A DNA stretch of 32,000 bases from Candidatus Saccharimonadota bacterium (GCF_004296515.1 NZ_AP018160.1:60001-92000), one strand, 5' to 3'; positions 19,924 through 27,904 are shown, counted from the first letter of the stretch. Notes: a model not told the origin generated them from the letters alone. Translations and numbers: made by a program.

Positions 19924-21129
19924 ATGATAAAAATTACAGATTTAATAGTTAAAAAAATAATAAAAAATGAATTTATATCTATTAAAATTATAGTTGTATT
20001 AAATAATAAATTTGTTGGAATATCATTAATGCCTATTGAGTCAGATATTATATATAATAATTTTTATATTAAAAATATATTTAATTCTTTAAATTTAAAA
20101 GCTTCTATGTGTATTAAATTTATTAAAAATGTAATATATAATAATATAGTAGGTAAAGATCCTAGTTTACAATATGAAATTGATAATTTATTATTTTTAA
20201 TAAATAAAAAATTTGATAATTTATTTTTTAAAAAAATAATATTAACTGTATCAATTTCAATAGCTAGATCTTATTCAAATTATAAAAAAATAAAATTACA
20301 TGAATTAATATCTGAATTAAGTAATAATAATAATAATAAAAAACCAAATTTAATATTAAATATATTTAATAAAAATAATAAAAATATACTATGTAATTAT
20401 TTAGATATAAAAAATTTTATGTTAGAATTAAATAGTAATATATTTTTATTAGAAAATTTATATTATATAAATTTAATTTATAAGAAATTAATAAATAAAT
20501 TAAATAAAATATATAATAAATATTTAAATATAAATAATAAAATTAATAGTAATATAATTCTTTATGAAATAAATGATTTAATATATAAATCTGTTTTATA
20601 TAATAATAATAATATAAATATAGGAATAGATTTATCAGCATCTGATTTATATAATGAACATAATGATTTTTATTTTTTAAATGAAAAAAATAAAGTAATA
20701 AGTAATTGTGAATTTATAGAATATATAGAAAATTTATTAAATATGTATTCTATATCTTATATAGAGAATTCATCTCATAAATATGATTGGAAATTATCTT
20801 ATATACAAACTGAAATTTTTGGTAATAAATTAAAATTAGTTGGAGATTCTATATTTAATAATGATTTATTTTTAATAGAACAAGGAATTAAACATAATAT
20901 ATGTAATTCAATATTAATAAAATATTATAATATGAGTACTTTTAGTGAAATAATAAATATTTGTAATTTAGTAAAAAAATATAATTACAAAATAATAATT
21001 TCTAATATATTCAGAGATATAGATGATTTATTTTTTATAGATTTAGCTTTAGGAATATCTTCAGATTATATAAAAATAGGTTATATTTATAATTTTAATT
21101 TATATAAAAATTTAATTTTAAATAAATGA
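19924..21129 (+). CDS. eno: Enolase homolog, highly divergent; several canonical catalytic residues appear substituted (possible pseudoenzyme)
   Basis: The 401-aa ORF is colinear with E. coli enolase: FVGISLMP/FVGMAAAP, GKDPSLQYEIDNL/GKDAKDQAGIDKI, IDLSASD/MDCAASE, YIENS..YDW/SIEDG..SDW, KLKLVGDSIF/KIQLVGDDLF, NSILIKYYN/NSILIKFNQ, YIKIGY/QIKTGS. See findings for the residue-level analysis. Confidence 0.75.
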   Translation: MIKITDLIVKKIIKNEFISIKIIVVLNNKFVGISLMPIESDIIYNNFYIKNIFNSLNLKASMCIKFIKNVIYNNIVGKDPSLQYEIDNLLFLINKKFDNLFFKKIILTVSISIARSYSNYKKIKLHELISELSNNNNNKKPNLILNIFNKNNKNILCNYLDIKNFMLELNSNIFLLENLYYINLIYKKLINKLNKIYNKYLNINNKINSNIILYEINDLIYKSVLYNNNNINIGIDLSASDLYNEHNDFYFLNEKNKVISNCEFIEYIENLLNMYSISYIENSSHKYDWKLSYIQTEIFGNKLKLVGDSIFNNDLFLIEQGIKHNICNSILIKYYNMSTFSEIINICNLVKKYNYKIIISNIFRDIDDLFFIDLALGISSDYIKIGYIYNFNLYKNLILNK

Positions 21130-21821
21130 TATATAATTTTTACATAAATTTAAATTTATGTAAAAAAAATTATTTTATATTTAATAATTATAATATATTT
21201 AATAGGAAAATTTATAATATAAATATTAATAATATATTTAATTTTAATAAATATTTATTTTTATATAAAATAAAACCTAAAAATAATTTAGAATATATTT
21301 CAAAAATAGTAAAAGTTAATACTAAAAAATTAATTTATATAAATAATATAAAATATCCTTATTTATTAAATAAAAAATTTATAAAAATATATAAATATAA
21401 TAATTTGTTATTGAATTTATTAGAATTAGTATATGTTAATTTTTTAAAAAATATAAATATATTTAAATATATTTATATTTTTAATAAATTTAATATTAGT
21501 ATAATTAAATATAATGTTTATATAAATGAATTTAATTGTTTATCAAATAATAGTTTTAAATATAAAAATAAATATAATGGTATTTTTATATATGGAAAAT
21601 ATAATAGTGATATAATTTCGTTATATAATGGTAAAATTTTATATTATAATAATTTTAATAAAAAATATTATATTTTAGTAATAAAGCATGTAAATAATTT
21701 AATTAGTATTTATATTAATAGTAAAAAATTTTTAGTTAAAAAAAATTGTTTTGTTTTAAAAAAACAAAAAATATCAACTATAGGTATGAATAATAAATTT
21801 TATTTTGAAATAATAAAATAA
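21126..21821 (+). CDS. nlpD: LysM + LytM (M23-like) domain protein, NlpD-like amidase activator
   Basis: The 231-aa ORF has a LysM-like segment, YKIKPKNNLEYISKIVKVNTKKLIYINNIKYPYLLNKKFIKI (E. coli NlpD [43 protein letters not shown]). The C-terminal GIFIYGKYNSDIISLYNGKILYYNN..KKYYILVIKHVNNLISIYINS....KKQKISTIG..NKFYFEI aligns with NlpD [47 protein letters not shown]...KAGQKIATMG..TRLHFEI. Its ATG overlaps the eno stop (ATGA). Confidence 0.7.
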   Translation: MIYNFYINLNLCKKNYFIFNNYNIFNRKIYNININNIFNFNKYLFLYKIKPKNNLEYISKIVKVNTKKLIYINNIKYPYLLNKKFIKIYKYNNLLLNLLELVYVNFLKNINIFKYIYIFNKFNISIIKYNVYINEFNCLSNNSFKYKNKYNGIFIYGKYNSDIISLYNGKILYYNNFNKKYYILVIKHVNNLISIYINSKKFLVKKNCFVLKKQKISTIGMNNKFYFEIIK

Positions 21822-21921
21822 ATAAAATTAAATTTTTATTTTTAAAGTAATGTTTTATATATGTTATAATTCATATATTAATTTAATTTATAAATAATTT
21901 ATATAATTATTTGAGGTAAAA

Positions 21922-23829
21922 ATGAGTAAAATAATTGGTATTGATTTAGGTACAACTAATTCTTGTGTTGCTATAATTGAAGGAAATAAACCTCGTGTTT
22001 TAGAAAATAGTGAAGGAGATCGTACAACTCCATCAATAGTTGCATATACAAGTAATAATGAAGTATTAATAGGTAAACCTGCTAAAAGACAATCTATAAC
22101 AAATCCTAAAAATACATTATTTGCTATAAAAAGATTGATTGGTCGTAAATATGATGATACTGAAATTCAAAAAGATATAAATTTAATGCCATATAAAATA
22201 ATAAAATCTGATAATGGAGATGCATGGATAGAAATAAATAATAAAAAAATAGCACCTCCTCAAATATCAGCAGAAATATTAAAAAAAATGAAAAAAACTG
22301 CTGAGGATTATTTAAATGAAAGTGTAAGTGAAGCTGTTATAACAGTACCTGCATATTTTAATGATACACAAAGACAAGCTACAAAAGATGCTGGTAAAAT
22401 AGCTGGATTAGAAGTAAAAAGAATAATAAATGAACCAACAGCAGCAGCTTTAGCTTATGGATTAGATAAAAAAACTGAAAATTCTATTATAGCTGTATAT
22501 GATTTAGGTGGAGGTACTTTTGATATTTCCATAATAGAAATAGATGATGTAGATGGTGAAAAAACATTTGAAGTTTTATCTACTAATGGTGATACTCATT
22601 TAGGTGGAGAAGATTTTGATAATAATATAATAAGATATTTAGTTAATGAATTTAAAAAAGATAATAATATAGATTTATATAATGATCCTCTTGCTATGCA
22701 AAGACTAAAAGATTCTTCTGAAAAAGCTAAAATAGAATTATCATCATCACAACAAACTGAAATAAATTTACCATATATTACTGCTAATGAATCTGGTCCA
22801 AAACATATGAATTATAAAATAACTAGATCTAAATTAGAATCTTTAGTTGAAAATTTAGTTAATAAAACAATAGATCCTGTTAAATTAGCTTTAAAAGATG
22901 CTAATATATCTATATCTGATGTAAAAGATATAATATTAGTTGGTGGTCAAACAAGAATGCCTCTTGTTCAAAAAATAGTTTCAGAATTTTTTAATAAAGA
23001 AGTTAGAAAAGATGTAAATCCAGACGAAGCTGTTGCAATTGGTGCTGCTATACAAGGTGGAGTTTTATCTGGAAATGTTAAAGATTTATTATTATTAGAT
23101 GTAACACCTTTATCATTAGGTATAGAAACTATGGGAGGAATAATGACAACTTTAATACCTAAAAATACAACTATTCCTACAAAACATAGTCAAGTATTTT
23201 CTACTGCTGAAGATAATCAATCTGCAGTTACTATACATGTATTACAAGGAGAAAGAAAAAAATCAATCGATAATAAATCTTTAGGACAATTTAATTTAGA
23301 TGGAATAACTCCTTCTATGAGAGGTATACCTCAGATAGAAGTTACATTTGATATAGATTCAGATGGTATATTACATGTTTCTGCTAAAGATAAGAATAGT
23401 GGTAAAGAACAAAAAATAACTATTCAAGCTTCTTCTGGATTAAGCGATAGTGAAATTAAAAATATGATACATGAAGCAGAAGTAAATTCAGAATTAGATA
23501 AAAAATTTGAAGAATTAACACAATTAAAAAATCAAGCAGATCAAATAATACATGGAACAAAAAAACAATTAAATGAAGTAAAAGATATAATTTCATCTGA
23601 AGAAAAAGAAAATATAGAAAAACATGTACAAGAATTAGAAAATTCATTAAAAGAAGAAGATAAAAACAATATAGAAAATAAAATAAAATCACTTATACAA
23701 GTATCTAGTAAGTTATTTGAATTATCAAAAAAAAATAATAAAGAAGTAAATGAAGATAATAAAATTAATTCTAATAATGAAACTATTGATGCAGATTTTG
23801 AAGAAATAAAAGAAGATAAAAAATCTTAA
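21922..23829 (+). CDS. dnaK: Molecular chaperone DnaK (Hsp70)
   Basis: The 635-aa ORF begins [17 protein letters not shown].. and has ..[13 protein letters not shown].. and ..VGGQTRMP.. It is very highly conserved, with a GAGG Shine-Dalgarno upstream. Confidence 0.99.
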   Translation: MSKIIGIDLGTTNSCVAIIEGNKPRVLENSEGDRTTPSIVAYTSNNEVLIGKPAKRQSITNPKNTLFAIKRLIGRKYDDTEIQKDINLMPYKIIKSDNGDAWIEINNKKIAPPQISAEILKKMKKTAEDYLNESVSEAVITVPAYFNDTQRQATKDAGKIAGLEVKRIINEPTAAALAYGLDKKTENSIIAVYDLGGGTFDISIIEIDDVDGEKTFEVLSTNGDTHLGGEDFDNNIIRYLVNEFKKDNNIDLYNDPLAMQRLKDSSEKAKIELSSSQQTEINLPYITANESGPKHMNYKITRSKLESLVENLVNKTIDPVKLALKDANISISDVKDIILVGGQTRMPLVQKIVSEFFNKEVRKDVNPDEAVAIGAAIQGGVLSGNVKDLLLLDVTPLSLGIETMGGIMTTLIPKNTTIPTKHSQVFSTAEDNQSAVTIHVLQGERKKSIDNKSLGQFNLDGITPSMRGIPQIEVTFDIDSDGILHVSAKDKNSGKEQKITIQASSGLSDSEIKNMIHEAEVNSELDKKFEELTQLKNQADQIIHGTKKQLNEVKDIISSEEKENIEKHVQELENSLKEEDKNNIENKIKSLIQVSSKLFELSKKNNKEVNEDNKINSNNETIDADFEEIKEDKKS

Positions 23830-23843
23830 TTTCTATTTAACTT

Positions 23844-23881
23844 TTAAGTATAATTACATTAAAATATGTAATTATACTTAA
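23844..23881 (+). terminator. Perfect 16-bp hairpin (23844-23859 / 23866-23881, 6-nt loop) plus T5 run in the dnaK-dnaJ spacer; candidate partial terminator or processing site
   Basis: ttaagtataattacat-taaaat-atgtaattatacttaa is read directly from the sequence and is followed by atattttt. The stem is mostly A:U with 2 G:C pairs, so stability is modest. Confidence 0.4.
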
Positions 23882-23901
23882 ATATTTTTAAAATTAAAAT
23901 A

Positions 23902-25041
23902 ATGAATAAATTAGATTATTATAAAATATTAGGATTATCTAGAGATGCTAACGATCGTGATATAAAAAGAGCATATAAAAAATTAGCTATGAAATTTCAT
24001 CCTGATCATAATCCTAATAATAGTTCATCTGAAGAAAAATTTAAAGAAATAAAAGAAGCTTATGAAGTTTTAATAAATCCTAGTAAAAGATCAGCTTATG
24101 ATAAATATGGTCATTCTGCATTTAATCAAGATTTAGGTGGAAATGAAGGAGCGAGTAATAGAGATAGTAATTTTTCTTCTAACTTTAGTGATATATTTAG
24201 CGATATATTTGGTGATATATTTAGTAATGGCAGTAAGCAAAAATATAATAAAGGACAAGATTTACATTATAATTTAGAAATAGATTTTGAAGAATCTATA
24301 AAAGGATGTAATAAAGATATAAAAATATTATTTTCAGATAAATGTGATAATTGTGAAAATTTAGAATCAAAAGGTAATTATTATACAAAATGTCCTGCTT
24401 GTAATGGATATGGTAATATTCAAATAAGACAAGGTTTTTTTTTAATACAACAAACTTGTACAAAATGTAATGGTAATAAAAAAATAGTAAAAAATATATG
24501 TAATGTATGTTCTGGTAAATCTTATATAAAAAAAAGTAAAATTTTATCTATTAAAATACCTTCTGGAATAAATAATGAAGATAAAATTAAAATAAATCAA
24601 AAAGGAGAAATAAATAAAGATAGTTATATAAGAGGTGATTTATATATATGTGTAAAAGTTAAATCTAGTAACTTATTTGTAAGAAAAGATAATGATTTAT
24701 ATTGTGAAATACCAATAAATTTTTCAGTAGCTGCTTTAGGAGGTGAAATAGAAATTCCATATATAAATGGAAAATTAAAATTAAAAATACCTTCTGAAAC
24801 TCAATCAGGTAAAGTATTTAGAATAAAAGAAAAAGGAATAAAAAGAAATAATGTTATTGGTGATTTATTATGTAAAATTATAGTTGAAACTCCTGTTAAA
24901 TTAAATAATAATCAAAAAAAATTATTGTATGAATTAGAAAATACATTTAAAAGTTCTAATATTAATATAAATAATCCTCAATTTAAAAATTTTATAGATA
25001 ATATTAATATTTTTTTAGAAAAAATAAATAAATTAAAATAA
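23902..25041 (+). CDS. dnaJ: Co-chaperone DnaJ (Hsp40)
   Basis: The 379-aa ORF has a J domain (DYYKILGLSRDANDRDIKRAYKKLAMKFHPDHNP), a G/F-like region, and four CxxC pairs of the zinc-finger domain. All 8 Cys are present, although the first repeat lacks the GxG. Confidence 0.97.
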   Translation: MNKLDYYKILGLSRDANDRDIKRAYKKLAMKFHPDHNPNNSSSEEKFKEIKEAYEVLINPSKRSAYDKYGHSAFNQDLGGNEGASNRDSNFSSNFSDIFSDIFGDIFSNGSKQKYNKGQDLHYNLEIDFEESIKGCNKDIKILFSDKCDNCENLESKGNYYTKCPACNGYGNIQIRQGFFLIQQTCTKCNGNKKIVKNICNVCSGKSYIKKSKILSIKIPSGINNEDKIKINQKGEINKDSYIRGDLYICVKVKSSNLFVRKDNDLYCEIPINFSVAALGGEIEIPYINGKLKLKIPSETQSGKVFRIKEKGIKRNNVIGDLLCKIIVETPVKLNNNQKKLLYELENTFKSSNININNPQFKNFIDNINIFLEKINKLK

Positions 25042-25145
25042 ATTGTATTATAATTTATAAATAATATATAAATATTTAATTTATATTTAATCAATTTTTA
25101 TATTAATATTAATATATATATAATTTATAAATAAATATTAAATAT

Positions 25146-26147
25146 ATGAATAATACAGAAGAAAGAAAGAAATTTTTAGCTATAGCGTTAGATCAAATTG
25201 AAAAACAGTTTGGGAAAGGTTCTATAATGAGATTGGGTGATGATAGATCTATGGATATAGAAACTATTTCTACTGGTTCTTTATCTCTTGATATAGCTTT
25301 AGGAGCTGGAGGATTACCAATGGGTAGAATAGTAGAAATATATGGTCCTGAATCTTCTGGGAAAACAACATTAACATTACAAATAATAGCAGAAGCTCAA
25401 AAAAAAAATAAAACATGTGCATTTATAGATGCAGAACATGCTTTAGATCCTTTATATGCATGTAAAATAGGAGTAAATATAAATGATTTATTATGTTCTC
25501 AACCAGATACAGGAGAACAAGCTCTTGAAATATGTGATTTACTAACTAAATCTAAAGCAGTTGATTTAATAATTGTTGATTCTGTAGCTGCATTAGTTCC
25601 AAAAGCTGAAATAGAAGGAGAAATAGGAGATTCTCATATAGGATTAACTGCTAGATTAATGAGTCAAGCTATGAGAAAATTAGCTGGAAATTTAAAAAAT
25701 TCTAATACATTATTAATATTTGTAAATCAGATAAGAATTAAAATCGGTGTAACTTTTGGAACAACTGAAACAACAACTGGAGGTAATGCTTTAAAATTTT
25801 ATTCATCAATAAGATTAGATATAAGAAAAATAGGATCTATAAAGGATGGTGATAATATTATAGGAAATGAAACAAGAGTAAGAGTAGTTAAAAATAAAAT
25901 ATCAATTCCCTTTAAACAAGCTGAATTTGAAATTTTATATGGATATGGAATAAATTCATTTGGAGAATTAATAGATATTGGTGTTAAATATAAATTAATA
26001 GATAGATCAGGTTCTTGGTATAGTTTTAATGGTGAAAGTATAGGACAAGGTAGAACTAATGCATGTAATTTTTTAAAATCTCATTTAAATATTTATGAAT
26101 CTATAAAAAATCAACTAAGAAATATAACAATAAAAAATAATAAGTAA
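25146..26147 (+). CDS. recA: Recombinase RecA
   Basis: The 333-aa ORF has ..[66 protein letters not shown].., nearly identical to E. coli RecA over the core. The acidic C-terminal tail is shortened. Confidence 0.99.
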   Translation: MNNTEERKKFLAIALDQIEKQFGKGSIMRLGDDRSMDIETISTGSLSLDIALGAGGLPMGRIVEIYGPESSGKTTLTLQIIAEAQKKNKTCAFIDAEHALDPLYACKIGVNINDLLCSQPDTGEQALEICDLLTKSKAVDLIIVDSVAALVPKAEIEGEIGDSHIGLTARLMSQAMRKLAGNLKNSNTLLIFVNQIRIKIGVTFGTTETTTGGNALKFYSSIRLDIRKIGSIKDGDNIIGNETRVRVVKNKISIPFKQAEFEILYGYGINSFGELIDIGVKYKLIDRSGSWYSFNGESIGQGRTNACNFLKSHLNIYESIKNQLRNITIKNNK

Positions 26148-26157
26148 TTTATTTAAT

Positions 26158-27480
26158 ATGTTTTTAAGTACATTAAATATAAAAAATATTTTTATAAATT
26201 TTTTTAAAGAAAAAGATCATTTAGAAATAGAAAGTAGTTCTTTAATACCTAAAAATGATAGTAGTATATTATTTACTAATTCTGGAATGAATCAATTTAA
26301 AAATATTTTTTTAGGAATAGAAAAACCAATATATAATAAAATTGTTACTATACAAAGATGTTTAAGAGCTGGAGGTAAAGATAATGATTTAAGTAAAGTT
26401 GGATACTCTTCTAGACATCATACATTTTTTGAAATGTTAGGAAATTTTAGTTTTAATAGTTACTTTAAAAAAAGTAGTATAGAGTACGCATGGGAATTAT
26501 TAACTAATAAAAATTTTTTTAATATATCTGAAAATAGATTAATTGTTACAGTATATTATAATGATATAGAATCTTATAATATTTGGAATAAAAATATAGG
26601 TATATCTAAAAAAAAAATATTTAAAATAGGAGATAAAAATAATAGAAAATATATATCTGACAATTTTTGGAGTATGAGTGAATTTGGTCCTTGTGGTCCT
26701 AGTTCTGAAATATTTTGTAATATTAATAAAAATAATTGTAATTATAATTTAAATTTAAATAAAATTAGTGATGAATATATAGAAATATGGAATTTAGTTT
26801 TTATTCAATTTAATAAATGTAAAAATAATAATTTAACTGAATTACCATATTTTTCTGTAGATACTGGAATGGGTTTAGAAAGAATATCTTCAATAATACA
26901 AGAAGTAGATTCAAACTATAAAATAGATTTATTTAAAGACTTAATTAATAAGTTAAGAAAAAAATTAAATATAAAATATAATAATATTATTTCATTAAAA
27001 ATTATAGCTGATCATTTAAGATCATGTATATTTTTAATATCTGATGGAATATATCCATCTAATGATAAACATGGATATGTATTAAAAAAAATAATAAGAA
27101 GATCTATATATCATGGAAAATTATTAGGTGTAAATTTCCCATTTTTATATAAAATAATTGATTTTATAGATGATAATATAAAATATTTTTATACATATAA
27201 TATAAATATAGATTTTAATTTAATAAAAAATATAATTTATTTAGAAGAATGTAAATTTGAAAATTCTATAAATAAAGGTTTAATAATTTTAAATAAAAAA
27301 ATAGATGAAGGTAATACTTTTATAGATGGAGATTTTATTTTTTTATTATATGATACATATGGTTTACCAATCGAAATAATAAATGAAGTTTGTAATATAA
27401 AAAATATTAATTTTGATAATAAAAAATTTAATAAATTATTAGATTTTCAAAAAAATAAATCTAATTCAAGTAAAAAATAA
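26158..27480 (+). CDS. alaS: Alanyl-tRNA synthetase, catalytic N-terminal half only (440 aa; editing and C-Ala domains absent)
   Basis: ..SSSLIPKNDSSILFTNSGMNQFKNIFLG..IQRCLRAGGKDNDLSKVGYSSRHHTFFEMLGNFSF.. and ..FSVDTGMGLERISSIIQ..IADHLRSC.. match E. coli AlaRS residues 1 to about 460. The ORF ends (..LYDTYGLPIEIINEVCNIKNINFDNKKFNKLLDFQKNKSNSSKK*) at the position equivalent to about residue 460 of the 876-aa E. coli enzyme. tRNA-Ser starts 20 nt later. Confidence 0.92.
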   Translation: MFLSTLNIKNIFINFFKEKDHLEIESSSLIPKNDSSILFTNSGMNQFKNIFLGIEKPIYNKIVTIQRCLRAGGKDNDLSKVGYSSRHHTFFEMLGNFSFNSYFKKSSIEYAWELLTNKNFFNISENRLIVTVYYNDIESYNIWNKNIGISKKKIFKIGDKNNRKYISDNFWSMSEFGPCGPSSEIFCNINKNNCNYNLNLNKISDEYIEIWNLVFIQFNKCKNNNLTELPYFSVDTGMGLERISSIIQEVDSNYKIDLFKDLINKLRKKLNIKYNNIISLKIIADHLRSCIFLISDGIYPSNDKHGYVLKKIIRRSIYHGKLLGVNFPFLYKIIDFIDDNIKYFYTYNINIDFNLIKNIIYLEECKFENSINKGLIILNKKIDEGNTFIDGDFIFLLYDTYGLPIEIINEVCNIKNINFDNKKFNKLLDFQKNKSNSSKK

Positions 27481-27500
27481 AATAAATTATATTTTTTTAG

Positions 27501-27583
27501 GATGAGGTGGCCGAGTGGATTAAGGCGTTCCCCTGCTAAGGGAATATATATTTATATCAAGGGTTCGAATCCCTTCCTCATCG
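27501..27583 (+). tRNA. tRNA-Ser (anticodon GCU)
   Basis: gatgaggtggccgagtggattaaggcgttcccctgctaagggaatatatatttatatcaagggttcgaatcccttcctcatcg has anticodon arm ttccc/ctGCTaa/gggaa, a long all-A/T variable arm and G73. It resembles E. coli serV and keeps the serV-argV position after alaS. No CCA is encoded. Confidence 0.9.
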
Positions 27584-27585
27584 AA

Positions 27586-27659
27586 GCATTCGTAGCTCAG
27601 AATGGAAGAGCACTCGGCTACGAACCGAGAGGTCGTAGGTTCGAATCCTTCCGAATGCA
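27586..27659 (+). tRNA. tRNA-Arg (anticodon ACG)
   Basis: gcattcgtagctcagaatggaagagcactcggctacgaaccgagaggtcgtaggttcgaatccttccgaatgca has anticodon arm ctcgg/ctACGaa/ccgag. It resembles E. coli argV and lies only 2 nt after tRNA-Ser. The T stem has one U.U mismatch. No CCA is encoded. Confidence 0.9.
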
Positions 27660-27722
27660 AAATTAAAAATTTATTGCAAAAATAATTTAATTTTATTAAT
27701 ATATTTATAATCTATATTATAT

Positions 27723-27795
27723 GCCGATATAGCTCAGTTGGTAGAGCAACTGATTTGTAATCAGTATGTCAAAGGTTCGAATCCTTTTATCGGCT
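27723..27795 (+). tRNA. tRNA-Thr (anticodon UGU)
   Basis: gccgatatagctcagttggtagagcaactgatttgtaatcagtatgtcaaaggttcgaatccttttatcggct has anticodon arm actga/ttTGTaa/tcagt. It is the first member of a thrU-tyrU-glyT-thrT-tufB-like operon. No CCA is encoded. Confidence 0.92.
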
Positions 27796-27797
27796 TA

Positions 27798-27821
27798 TTT
27801 TTTTTTTTTTTTTTTTTTTTT
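27798..27821 (+). repeat. Homopolymer T24 filling the tRNA-Thr / tRNA-Tyr spacer
   Basis: Counted directly from the sequence: 24 consecutive T from 27798 to 27821, ending immediately before nucleotide +1 (G27822) of tRNA-Tyr. Confidence 0.95.
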
Positions 27822-27904
27822 GGTGAGATTCCTGAGTGGTTAAAAGGGACAGACTGTAAATCTGTTGTTGAAAAACTTCGAAGGTTCAAATCCTTCTCTC
27901 ACCA
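27822..27904 (+). tRNA. tRNA-Tyr (anticodon GUA)
   Basis: ggtgagattcctgagtggttaaaagggacagactgtaaatctgttgttgaaaaacttcgaaggttcaaatccttctctcacca has anticodon arm acaga/ctGTAaa/tctgt, a long variable arm and A73. It resembles E. coli tyrU. No additional CCA follows the discriminator. Confidence 0.9.

Noticed and set aside
21822-21921. Heat-shock (sigma32) promoter or sigma70 extended -10 (TGtTATAAT at 21862-21870) upstream of dnaK
   Set aside because: There is no CTTGAA / CCCCAT-like sigma32 elements. TATAAT-like hexamers occur everywhere in this composition, so a promoter call cannot be supported from sequence alone. The same applies to TTGCAA (27674-27679) upstream of the tRNA-Thr/tuf operon.
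23456-23692. 78-aa minus-strand ORF inside dnaK
   Set aside because: It is antisense to the dnaK C-terminal region and is a low-complexity frame artefact.
25042-25145. Possible LexA/SOS box upstream of recA (and upstream of ssb at 12517-12668)
   Set aside because: No CTGT-N8-ACAG-like palindrome is present in either region. The ssb-side palindrome has ACAAT/ATTGT arms with different spacing.
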